A DNA stretch of 63,211 bases, the filler included, from Dirinaria sp. TL-2023a (lineage: Eukaryota): the NCBI GenBank assembly GCA_051941275.1. It is 18 parts of 18 records of this genome, joined end to end, with 100 filler letters (N's around TTAATTAATTAA, not from the genome) between each part and the next. Parts side by side here need not be neighbours in the genome. Positions count along the whole stretch, not along the records: positions 35,491 to 38,883 come from JAVEBF010002053.1; positions 38,984 to 42,374 come from JAVEBF010002054.1; positions 42,475 to 45,857 come from JAVEBF010002055.1; positions 45,958 to 49,334 come from JAVEBF010002056.1; 14 more parts are not named here. One strand, given 5' to 3'. Of the stretch, positions 35,525 through 46,469 are shown one piece after another. Numbering within the stretch: position 1 is the first letter of the stretch; every line of letters starts with the position of its first letter. The position numbers and the translations under genes are program-made. A model generated the notes under the pieces. That model was given only the letters and a program-made list of their open reading frames with translations, was not told the origin of the DNA and did no database searches.

Positions 35525-36281
35525 TCACTGCAAACAAATCGCCATAAACTCCTCCCTATTAATCGCGCCATCGCCATCGAGATCAAACTCCTCGATCATA
35601 GCCATCAACTCCTCCTCCTCCAACCCTTCCCCCAATTCCCTTGCCACTCTCCTCAGATCATTCAGATTAATCTTCCCCTTGCCACCTTCATCGAACAGAT
35701 CGAAGGCGCGCAGGACCTCCTCGCGCGGATCGCGCGCCTGGATCTTCTGCGTCATCACCTTTTGGAAGTTTTTGAAATCGAGCAGGAGGCGGGGTTGTTG
35801 TTGGTTATTGGGGGAGGAGGTAGAGGGGGAACCGTGGGTTTGCAGGATGGACAGGACTTCGGATTTGGGCACGTCGAAGCCCAGCGCTTTCATGGCCACT
35901 TTGAGTTCGTGGTAGTCGATCTTTTGGTCTTTGTCTAGGTCGAAGAGGTTGAACTTTTTTTGGGGAGAAGCGAACTGGCGTGTCAGCTTTGATTTTCTGG
36001 TCTGGCCATTCGGGATGTGAAGTTGAGGATGGGGGAAGGCGGGGGTGGCTCACGGCTTCTTTAATCTCCTCTCTATGCTCCTCCGATAATTGATTCTGCT
36101 CTTCGCGCTCCATGCGTTCGCGCTCCTGCCGCTCCCGCTCCCGTTCCATCCGCTCGGCGTCGCGTTTCTGCTGCGCTGTCGAGGCCCCGAATGCGGCGCC
36201 TAGGGATCGATCCGGTAGCTTGCCTAGGCTTGTGCCGTACGGTCGCGAAGGGAATGAAGGGTGCGCTGAGGAGGACGCCAT
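35525..36281 (-). CDS. CDC31: Centrin
   Basis: [39 protein letters not shown]...[15 protein letters not shown]...[18 protein letters not shown]. Intron 36053-35954. Confidence 0.95.
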
Positions 36282-37141
36282 TTTGGTGGATGTGGAGGAT
36301 TGAGGTGGTAGAAAGCGAGTACTTTTTTTTTTTTTGGTGACGAGTGCTGGGGTTTGTGAGATGTGTTGAGTGGGGGGTTGTAGTGGTGATGTATGGTGGT
36401 GGTGGTGGTGATGGGGGAGACGCGACACATGTGGGAACGCGAATACTATCCAAATACGCAATAGTGTGCCGGGTCTAGCTTGACTAGGCTCGCTACCTTA
36501 GTCGCCAGGCAATGTCAGGGCCCGCTGCCCACTAGCATGCCACTAAGGTATGCTACCTTATCCTTACCTCATATGCGCAGAAACTATTACGAAATTCCAG
36601 CACAAGGCGGCTAGACTTCACTGAGATCGCATGGGCCTTTCTCAATGTGTTTGGCGGAGGTTTTGGTGGGCATTTAGAGGCATATGTAGACCTCTCTCGT
36701 CGCAACTCCAGCCTTCCTTGATGGCTTCAAAAACAACATCTCGAAAGCATTTTTACGCCTACAACCCACTTCAGATATCTATCGCATAGAGAGAGGAAGC
36801 AGTCCAAGCCAGGCGCATCATCTCGCTTAAGCTTTCATATTCGAGCCTATGTGTAATTTCCATCTGACGTCGACAAGGCCGAAACGTGGATTCCGTCCAA
36901 ATACGCGATGGCCTCCATGTCATTTCAGGCCTCTTTCTTTCATTCCCTCTCGCTTTCTAGCACAGAGGACAATATCTAGATCCGGCCGTCTATTTCCATC
37001 TCATTATCGGAGCGATCCAATGAAAATGATTGTTTTTAGAAATCTCGCTTATCCTTTGGTCCAGATATTTTGCACCATAGCAACACCTAGGGATTTGTAC
37101 TCGCTCCTACTTTCACCCTGTCTCCCAAAAGTTGTCACCTT

Positions 37142-37709
37142 TTAGACATTGCCTTCGATCGCCCATGCTGGTTGGTCGGAGACGTCATCATGGGACGATC
37201 GCTGAGTACTGTTGATACTGATTGATGTCGTTTGTTGAATGTTACTAGCATTCATGCCCGGAAAATCGGACTGCCCAGTAACACCGTATGTCTTACTGCG
37301 CATCGGCTTTAGGTCCTCAATACTTGGTCGTGGCTTTGGTAGAGTTGTCTTGCGGAAAAGCGAACGCAGTTTTGGAAGGCAGCCGACGGTAATGCTGAGC
37401 GGTAGGTCCATCCTACAAAAGTGCCTCCCTAGACCGAAGTGGACCGAAGCAATCAGACAAGACATTGGCTCCTACCGAAAGAATCTACAACATTAGCAAC
37501 ATTTCCTCACTGGTGGTCTCTCCGCTAGCAGGGCAGAATCAGCAGCGCACCAATAAAATAGCGACCAGCCATTCATCCATTCCAACTTTTCCAATAATTC
37601 CGATCCTAACCCACAGCCTCAAGGCTACTGCTACTGCTGCCAATGCAGTGCCTGTGCAGAACACGGCCAAGAATTCTGGACCTCGGTCGCGATCAACATG
37701 GACAGCCAT
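37142..37709 (-). pseudogene. PTH11-like membrane protein pseudogene with an internal deletion
   Basis: Exon 1 DRGPEFLAVFCTGTALAAVAVALRLWVR...VGMDEW. Exon 2 has a 1-nt frameshift, and GLGRH runs straight into the last-TM motif SITVGCLPKLRSLF. Confidence 0.7.
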
Positions 37710-38763
37710 TTTGCGAAGTATCTAAGAAGACACGAGGTGATTGATTGATCTGGGGCTTGATACAAATATTTCACCAATCTGGTAGATGTAGGAGCAGTCC
37801 CTCGAATAGATGCCAGCAATAATCCAAATCCTGCGCTCGGCAGAGTATATTAGGAAGACCATGGTCAGGCACCACACCCACCTGGAACCCAAAGCGTTTG
37901 CAAGATCGTTGGCACAGAGCAGACGATAGATACCATTGCGGCACAGTCGAAACAGTGGCACACGCGATCTGGCCATCATTAGTTCAATTGGGTCTCACGG
38001 GATGCTGCGTTATCAGTGCTTGGTGAGGGCACTGCTGATGCTGGTTGCTTTAGCTATTGACATGCCGCTACTGTATTATGATGGAGTGGATGCTCTCCCG
38101 TTATTTCTAGCGCTGATGGTCCGCCAGTGAGGTGCGGCGAGCGGCAGTATCTCATGCCGCGCGGTGTGTATGTAAAGTGGGCAATGTAAGGTGAGGTACC
38201 TTACCTACTGTAGCTTCCATCGCTTACCTGAGGATCCTTGAGGTATCGTAGGATCTGCGTTCCGGGTGTTAGGAAAAACAGCCGAGTCGTACTCGTATAA
38301 GTTTCGTGAATGCAAGGCTCCCCCACCACTTTGAATCCTTCCCGTTCCGGTCTATCCGATGTCATTCCTCACCTCACTTGGCCTTCCTCCATAAACCGAC
38401 TGCGCATGCGAGAGCATATGATGCATTGATGTGTACGCAAGTATGTGTTCCTTTTGTTTTTGGAAGTGTTGCATGCTAGGTGTTGTTGCATGCATGTGTT
38501 GCTCGCTTCAGGCACCTCCCCACACTATTTAAACCATAGATGAGCACCCACTTTCTTAGAGTTAGCAATGCATGCAAAAGTCAGTTTCCAATACCTTTCA
38601 GCTCTCTTACTTAGACAGCCAGGCCTACTTCGTGCCTAGTTTTGGGTGACATGATCGATTTTGTTTACTGATCCCAGAATGCTGGTAGCTCGGTCCTCTC
38701 CAGTTTCATAACATTTTCTAGCTGCAGACGTTTCCACCAACGCAAGACCAGTACATCAGCAAC

Positions 38764-38883
38764 ATGACTTCTGTCTCGAAAGGCATCGAATTCGAGGTCT
38801 ACAAAGGTTCTAAGAATCGCAAATTGGTCAAGAGTGTCACCCATCATAAAGCTCTTGAGGACGATGAAGTTCTTATCAAGGTC
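38764..38883 (+). CDS. 5' fragment of a zinc/NADP-dependent alcohol dehydrogenase (MDR family)
   Basis: MTSVSKGIEFEVYKGSKNRKLVKSVTHHKALEDDEVLIKV, a typical N-terminus of this family. Confidence 0.7.
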
Positions 38884-39501
38884 NNNNNNNNNNNNNNNNN
38901 NNNNNNNNNNNNNNNNNNNNNNNNNNNTTAATTAATTAANNNNNNNNNNNNNNNNNNNNNNNNNNNNNNNNNNNNNNNNNNNNGCGCAATTTTCTTCAGT
39001 CTCGTACTCGTACAACCACACCTGTGTGTTCATACCAAGTACGCGTATCAGGGAACACCTGGCTATACCACCACTTCGTCATTGTCCGGCTATCAAAGAG
39101 AGAGCTGGAAGCATACTTTAATCACTTGCTAAATGCATGACTAAGCGTCTGTGGGCATCCTTTTCATTTGATCAATCCTAGGGGACAGTTCCATCTTCAG
39201 CTATCTCGAGCGATCTGATGCGCCATCCCCTCCAACCACTTTAGCGTGCATGTGCATTGAGCTGCAAGCTAAACCGAAGACAGGACATTTATGAATCCAC
39301 GCTCTCCCGATATGGTGATCTTTCCTGAAAAAGGAGAGGGGTGCTGACCATGATGGATATCGCTTTCCCCCACCCTCCTGCGGGTAACATTAGATTTGAC
39401 AAGGCTGCCACTGATACCCCTCTCTAGCCACCTGTAGCGTCGCTATAAGTGCATATACAAGTCCGATGACTCTTGTGCGGCACTCATTTTTTCCATAAAA
39501 G

Positions 39502-42311
39502 ATGGACTCTGTTCAGCAGACCATCAGCGTGACTGGCCTTCCCACCAACGCCTCGAAGAGAGACGTGGAGCAACACTTTAACGAGCGTGTTGATCGAAAG
39601 CATGGACGTCAGAGGGTCGAGCTTGTCGGCCCTATCTGCGATCATTCCACTCGAGTTACGAAGCGCACCACCGTGTCCTTCTCGTCTCACAAAACCGCCG
39701 TGAAGGCGTTGAAGCTTGAAGAGACAAGCCGTCGTCTCGTAGCGGAGGCCGGTGGAGCCGAGACGATCACTTTAGATCACAGCTTTCGCGATCTGACGAC
39801 GCTTCATGCATCCAACAACCCAACGACCGGCAAGCCAGATATCGAGTATGTTACCATTTTTCTACACCTCGACACAAAGCTATTCGACATTTTTTCTTGA
39901 CCCATTCAACAATCGATCAGTAGCTAATTCTGTACCTCTAGCATCGTTGCCGTACATGGATTGACTGGTCATGCTTGGAATTCGTTCACAACTTCGTCCT
40001 CCGTGAACCAAGGTGCTGGCCGAACAAAAGAAACCAATTGGCTTAGAGACATAATGCCACGACTCCTCGAACAAAATCGGCAACAATCAATTTATTCTAG
40101 AGTTATGACCTTCGGTTACGATGCCGATGTGTGGATGACGAAGTCTGTAGCGGAAATTGACAGCCCGGTCAATACTCTGCTTGCGTACCTCGACACCGAA
40201 AGGCACGAGGTACGTAGACAGCAATCAAAGAAACTTCCAAGATTCGATAATGACTCTGCTAGGACCCGGAACGGCCACTGTTCTTCGTTGGCCACAGCCT
40301 CGGAGGTATTGTCATAAAGCAGGTACGTTCGGACACAGAGTCCAGCCGGATGGGTAGAAGAATCTAGTAGATCATTCCATGCTTAATGTTTCAATAGGTC
40401 ATCGTTGCCCTTGCCGACAACGCCATGATCCAAGATGCGCAACGCAGCACTGACTCGACAGAGCGTTACAACTTTCCGGTCAAAGGGTGTATGCTTTTCG
40501 GCGTACCTAACCAAGGCACCGAAGTAGCCAACACTGCCTCAAAAGTACTCACTGGGCTCAGCACTCTGTTCAAAATCAACCGCAATGTCGTTCATGACTT
40601 GAAGGACAAATCACAACGGCTTGCAAATATAGCCTCCCAATTTCGACAGGTCCGTTATGAGCACGGCATTCCTGTCTTCAGCTTCTACGAGCTGCAAAAT
40701 TACTCTTCAACCTTGGGTTTAGTAAGTGTATCTATTTCGCAACAGAACACTCCCCAGGTTTAGAAGAGCTGGCGTAACGCATTGTGAATTTCGAAGACGT
40801 ATCGCACTAGAGGAGCTCTATGTCTAGTAGCAGCTTGTCTCTTTCTTTAGCGCAGCATCCCTTTTCTAATTTTCCTTGATACGTCTGGGCCTAGCTGACA
40901 ACACAGATCGTGAATAAGGAATCCGCTGTCATTGAATACCCTGGTTACCCTCCACCAATCGGCATCAATCGAAACCACAAAGAAATGGCTAAATTCTCCA
41001 ACGACGGTGCCCACGCTCTGGAACCCGCGATCGACTTTCTGGCGAATTGTGCACGTGAGGCAATCTTAGCTCAACAGCGTCGTCAAAGCGCAACACCACT
41101 GCCATCACCGTCTGCAATCGCTCGTACCGACCAGGAAAATAAATACAGCATACTGGAGAATTATGATACTGTATTTCTGGTTGACGATTCACCATCCATG
41201 GCTGGTGAGCGTTGGGAGCTGGTCAAGAAGATACTAGATTACTCGACTGCTGTGGCGATGAAGTATGATCCTGACGGTATTGATATCCATTTCCTCAACA
41301 ATAAGACTGCCAACCAAGACAATGTCGGAGATCCTGCTTTCGCTGTGGAGATACTTCGGAAGATTGCGCTAAGAGGGAACACTCCGATACGCGATCAGCT
41401 GTCGCGACACCTGCACAGCTATCTGAGAGAGTACGAGCGACGCAGGAACGACTTGAATGTTAAAGGGTACAATCTAATTCTCCTCACGGATGGGGAGCCA
41501 AATCCAGATTATGACGCTCCGGGCGATATTTCCGACCTGGATGCAGAACGTACAAAGCCAGCATTTCGAAAAATCCGCAAATTGCTTGTAGAAATCGCGC
41601 AGCAGCTTGATAGTTTACAAGCTGAGGAGAACCAAGTCGGTATACAGTTCTGCAATGTTGGTAATGATCCAGGAGCCGAGGAGTTTTTCGATTTCCTAGA
41701 CGATAGGCTGCAAGGGCAGTGGAACCTGAACCGAGATGTAAGGGCATCCCGTCCGGCCTATCTGCGGATGCTGACTAGAATAGATGATTGATACGGTTTC
41801 ATGCAAGGAGGAAGCTGACCTTGACGTAACATTTTTCGAAAATTTACTGTTGGGTGGTATTGATAAGGTCGTCGACAACCGCGCGCACCCCGCTAGAAGT
41901 CAACCTGTGCCATCTAGACCAGCAAACGGAGGGCAGTCCGAGACAACGCGCTTTGCACCATCACAGCATCATTCCATGGTGCATCGGCCAAAGCCTGCCA
42001 TAATACTTCAAAATGACCCCTGGCCAGCGAACAGCAAACTTTACTCAAGCCAATATACCCATCAACCGTTCGAGCCTCGTCCATCCGGTATGCAGGCACC
42101 GCGCGAGACTCGGGCCTCTCGTATACCTCCCGCAGCCTCGACGCCACGGTTTACACCACAGCCTAGTGGGTACGGAGAGCGGTTCGAGCCTCTGCAGCCT
42201 CGCAGACAGACGACAGATCCGCCCGCTGAACTTCCAATGCAGCCAACGCCGCGATCAAATACTTCCGGCCCAGCGAAAGCAGCTCATAAAGGATGGCGTC
42301 CATGGTCCTAG
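39502..42311 (+). CDS. Multi-domain protein: RRM-like N-terminus, SesB/DUF676-like alpha/beta hydrolase, vWA domain and Pro-rich tail
   Basis: About six exons. Hydrolase motifs IVAVHGLTGH, NWLRD, RVMTFGYDA, RPLFFVGHSLGGIVIKQ, LFGVPNQG, FYE and NHKEMAKF. vWA motifs YDTVFLVDDSPSM, DPDGIDIHFLN, ILLTDGEP and VGIQFCNVGND. Confidence 0.85.
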
Positions 42312-42474
42312 CTTCGAAGTCGTGACCGGCGTGAGTTATGCTCGCGATGTAATAGACACTTTTCTAAAGTGGATNNNNNNNNNNNNNNNNNNNNNNNNNN
42401 NNNNNNNNNNNNNNNNNNTTAATTAATTAANNNNNNNNNNNNNNNNNNNNNNNNNNNNNNNNNNNNNNNNNNNN

Positions 42475-45400
42475 GCGTAGGCGAATCCCTCCTTCTCCTG
42501 TCGCTCCTCGTCGAAGAAGATGAAGGAGAAGCACTGCGCCCAAACCCCGCGAGCGCTCGATCCCTCGGTCTTCCACGCCTCTCGCTTGAATATTTCCCCG
42601 CAGTCCCAAACAGGGGACTATCGGGTCTCTTCTCCTTACGGCGAGCAGGGCGTGATGATGATGATCCGGGACTATTGTTATTATTATTATCACGCTTAGC
42701 CAAAAACAGATCCGTCACAGCAGATTGGCTGGCGAATGGGACTGTCCCTCTCGGAGCCAACGATGATGATGATGGTGTTGGTGACGGCGAAGGATAAGGA
42801 GTGGCCGGGGATAGGATGGATTCCGCCGCGGCGGCGGTGGCGGTACGAAAACTAGAAGCAGAGGGTGTAGATGTCGGAGAGCGAAAGACATCTGTGAGAC
42901 CAGTCAAGCTGTTGGCATCATCGGATGCTGTATCTTCGGCTTCAGCTTCGCTTGGCGTGGAGGACTCGATGAGGGGAGATTCGGCCGTAGTATCTTCCTC
43001 GATGCCGCGCGATAGCTCGGTTTTCTCCTTATCGTCCTCGTCGTAATGCGTGACGACGAGGCGACGGGAATTAACGTTGCCGTCGCCGAATCTGATCCGG
43101 CTGTTGGCCGAGCCGGGAGCTGCGTTACTTTCGGAGCTGCTGGATTCGCTATCGTCCTTGGCATCTTCCTCACTGTTGGTATCGGTGTGACTTTTAGACC
43201 CGGCTTCAGACATGCTAAAATCCGCGCTGTGATGGATGCCGAGCATGGCATTCTGTCTTCTGTCTTCGATGGCCATGCTTTGCTTAAGGGCTTCAAAAAG
43301 CTGCTTGCGTTCGTCAACGCTGAGCTTTACCTTATTGGCGCCTTCGTCCTGCTCCCGGAGAGCTTCCCACAGCAATGCATGTTCGCTACGGATCGCAGGG
43401 TCAGCGTAAGCATCCATGAAAGTGCCGTGAGGTATTGCGGCTCCATTCTCAACACTGAATTCAGACCTGCTATCATCATTTGAGTCCAAGCCACTATTCA
43501 TGCTTTCATCTTGATCTTGGGTTCCGACTTCGAGCGAGCCGGAAGTCGGAGGAGAGCATAGCTGCTGATGGCCGTCTTCACTGACATTCATAGGAGTAAC
43601 GGGAATAGGACGTGGAGAGTTTTGAGGACTTGAGAAACTGGTGATGCTGTTCGAGGATTGGAATCTGTCCTCACGCGCTTTTTTACCCGGCGACTCCTCA
43701 AAGCTTGCTGCACGAGATCTTTTGCAAGCAGTCCGATCCTTTGGTGTCTGGCCATGTAGCACTTCCGCCAGAGCAAATACCTCAGCTGATGCTGGATGGA
43801 GCACCTGCTCTTGGCTGAAAACACTCTCCGACTCAGTCGGCGCTCGAGAATGAATGCTGGCCTCATGGCGCATTTCTTCCTGTCCTGCCGCATCGTCAAT
43901 CCACCACGCAAAGGCATTACTGACTGGCGTAGGCGGGACATGCGAGCGCTCTAGAGTAGCTCTCATTTTAGCCATCGAATCACGCAGTTCATGCAGCCAT
44001 CCTTGTAGCTCTTCGCCACTTGAGCCCTGTCGAAGGCGTTTCAGCGATGTCGGACTTGAAGGCTGGGTTTTGAAGGTCTTGAAACCATGGTACGTGGACC
44101 CTGAACCGATGTCCCCCATGCCTTGGGTGAAATCCCCAATCCCGGGAGCTCGCATGGTAGTGGCTGCATAGTCGTCGAGTCCTGTAGGGCGGTTTTTTCC
44201 ACACTCCGGAGAACCAGAATGGTCCAATTCCCTCGCCATAGCTGCCGGAGAGTTTTTGAACGGATCGTCAAGATCCTTACATCTATCGATGGCTGTCTGT
44301 TCGAGGTCTTGCCGTTCGTTGGCCCAATATGGCCGGAATACAGAAGGTTGCCCCTTGGGAACGGTTGCAATGACTGGCTGCCGCGCCTCTGACTCCGCCG
44401 GACGTGCATTTGTTGGTTTTGGAGAGACGTAGGTGGAAGGCTCATTAGCATCTAGCGGTCGAGCATCTCGGCTTACAACCCTTGAGCGTCCTGGGCAGAG
44501 CACATCGGGGTTTTCCTGACTTGCCGTTTGATTCAAAGATGCCACTCGTGAACCAGGTGTGAATTCTCTCGACCAAAATGGGAGCACTTTCAGGGTAAGA
44601 CGAGATCGAATAGTGCGCTCAACATGAATTTCTTTGAACCATTCTGTGCGAATTGCTTTGATCTCAATGCGAAGTATATTGGTAACGGCATGCGGGCCCG
44701 AGCGCCGTCCACGATACACCTTGCCCGTCTCGTGTTCCTGCCCTCGAGACCTGGAATAGAATGGCACAGTACCTCGCCAGCCTGACAGATGATCATCCCA
44801 GTGCAGCCACGTGACTGGTGTTTCGAGGCTATAGATCGTGCGAACTTGTTCGCCACCAGTTCGGGCGAAAGGACCACAGCGGTAGTGAGGTACGATTATG
44901 AGTTGTTGCCCTTCACGTGGTTGGTAATCAATCTTGGTAAAAGATAAAAACTCCGGATTCCAGCGAGCTCGAATGCGAGGCAAAGCTGGAGTGGTTTTGG
45001 ACTGGACATATTCTATACATATGTCGGTAGCTCCATCATTAGGGTCGCTGGGTTCACGGACAAGAAGACAGTCACTCTTTGACAAGTACAGTCCAACCAA
45101 ACCTTCACCACAATCCTGAAACAACTCCTTGTCATCATGGTTTTGAGCAGATAGTATCGATTTTAGCGTATTCGCTAATTGACTTGGGCTTAGAGTGAGT
45201 CGGCGGGTAATGACCACGGAGTCTTGCTCGACTGAAAAGCGGTCGGCCGGAGTACAGTGAGGAATCCATGATTGTGGCACAGCTTCAAGAGGAATATCGG
45301 TGAGTTGGTCGGATACTAAGGAGCTTATAGCCCTCTCGAAGGCTTGGTGAATGCAAAGAAGGAGGCTTGCTTGAGCGAAAGAAATTCCTTTCCACGCTGT

Positions 45401-45857
45401 GCAAACGTCAATGTGCTCGATTACTGGCGCCTCGTGAATGACGTCGAGGGGCGGCACTGAACATTTCCCCGGATTAAAAAGCATAAAATTGCGTATAACG
45501 GGCAAGTAGACGTCTGCTGGACTTGACCATCCGTCATAGGCGACACTTTCGATACGCAGTAGTTGACGATGGTCGCTTGCGAGGTCACGACGGAACGCCA
45601 AGGACTCATACTGCGGAGGCGCCCTGCAGTTCACCTCTGCCCACGTTGGTGGAATAACATCACTGGAGAAACTACTTGGCAAATCGTCGATGTAAGTACC
45701 GGGAGGGAGTTGGGGACCATTTTCGGAGGAAGTGTTGGGACTGAATGGTGGTGACTTCGTTCCGATGTTCGATAGACCTCCATAGGACTTGACGTCGGCT
45801 CGCCGCCCGGTGGAAGTACCCAACTTCTGGACCGTAGGCTTGGAAGCTATGTCTGTC
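42475..45857 (-). CDS. Large hypothetical protein (>1100 aa single ORF), probably partial at both ends
   Basis: Uninterrupted ORF spanning essentially the whole contig, with a globular N-terminal ~420 aa and an acidic/Ser-rich C-terminus. Confidence 0.8.
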
Positions 45858-46469
45858 NNNNNNNNNNNNNNNNNNNNNNNNNNNNNNNNNNNNNNNNNNN
45901 NTTAATTAATTAANNNNNNNNNNNNNNNNNNNNNNNNNNNNNNNNNNNNNNNNNNNNGAAGGAGAAATGGCTGGCTGGCTGGCTGGCTGGTGACTTTCCT
46001 TTTTGTTTTTCTTGATCTTTTTTTTTGGCTTCCTTCCTTCCTTCTTCTTCTACTGAATGGAGGACGGTTGGTGGGCGTTGTTGCTGTCGCTTGCTGTAAA
46101 TATGAAAAAAAAAAAAAAAAAAAAAAAAGGTTTTCCAGAAACCGCAGCAGCACTTCTTGTTCTTCCTGATTGTCAATGAGGTGATTCTCGTGGCTGAGAG
46201 GGGATCTTGTTGCTAGCTGATTCCTTTGCGAAATGTGTGGTCGCTCTGCAAGGCGTCGAGCAGTGGAATCCGCGACCTCTTGTTTTTAGGAAAGAAAAGT
46301 AGGCTTAGGCTCGCGGGAATAAGCTTGATGTTTTGAGGTTCTGCTGACGTGCGTTTGGTTCTCTTGTATGGCTTAAGGAGCTTTAGTTTTCCTTTCCCTG
46401 GGTTTGGCATGACTGCGCATGCAGCGGGACAAGCTATCTCTATCTCCAGAAGTAGTATGAGTCCAGGTG

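Noticed and set aside
485..36281. Apparent cluster of microtubule/SPB genes (Mto2-like, HAUS6, centrin)
   Set aside because: They lie on different contigs brought together only by length sorting.
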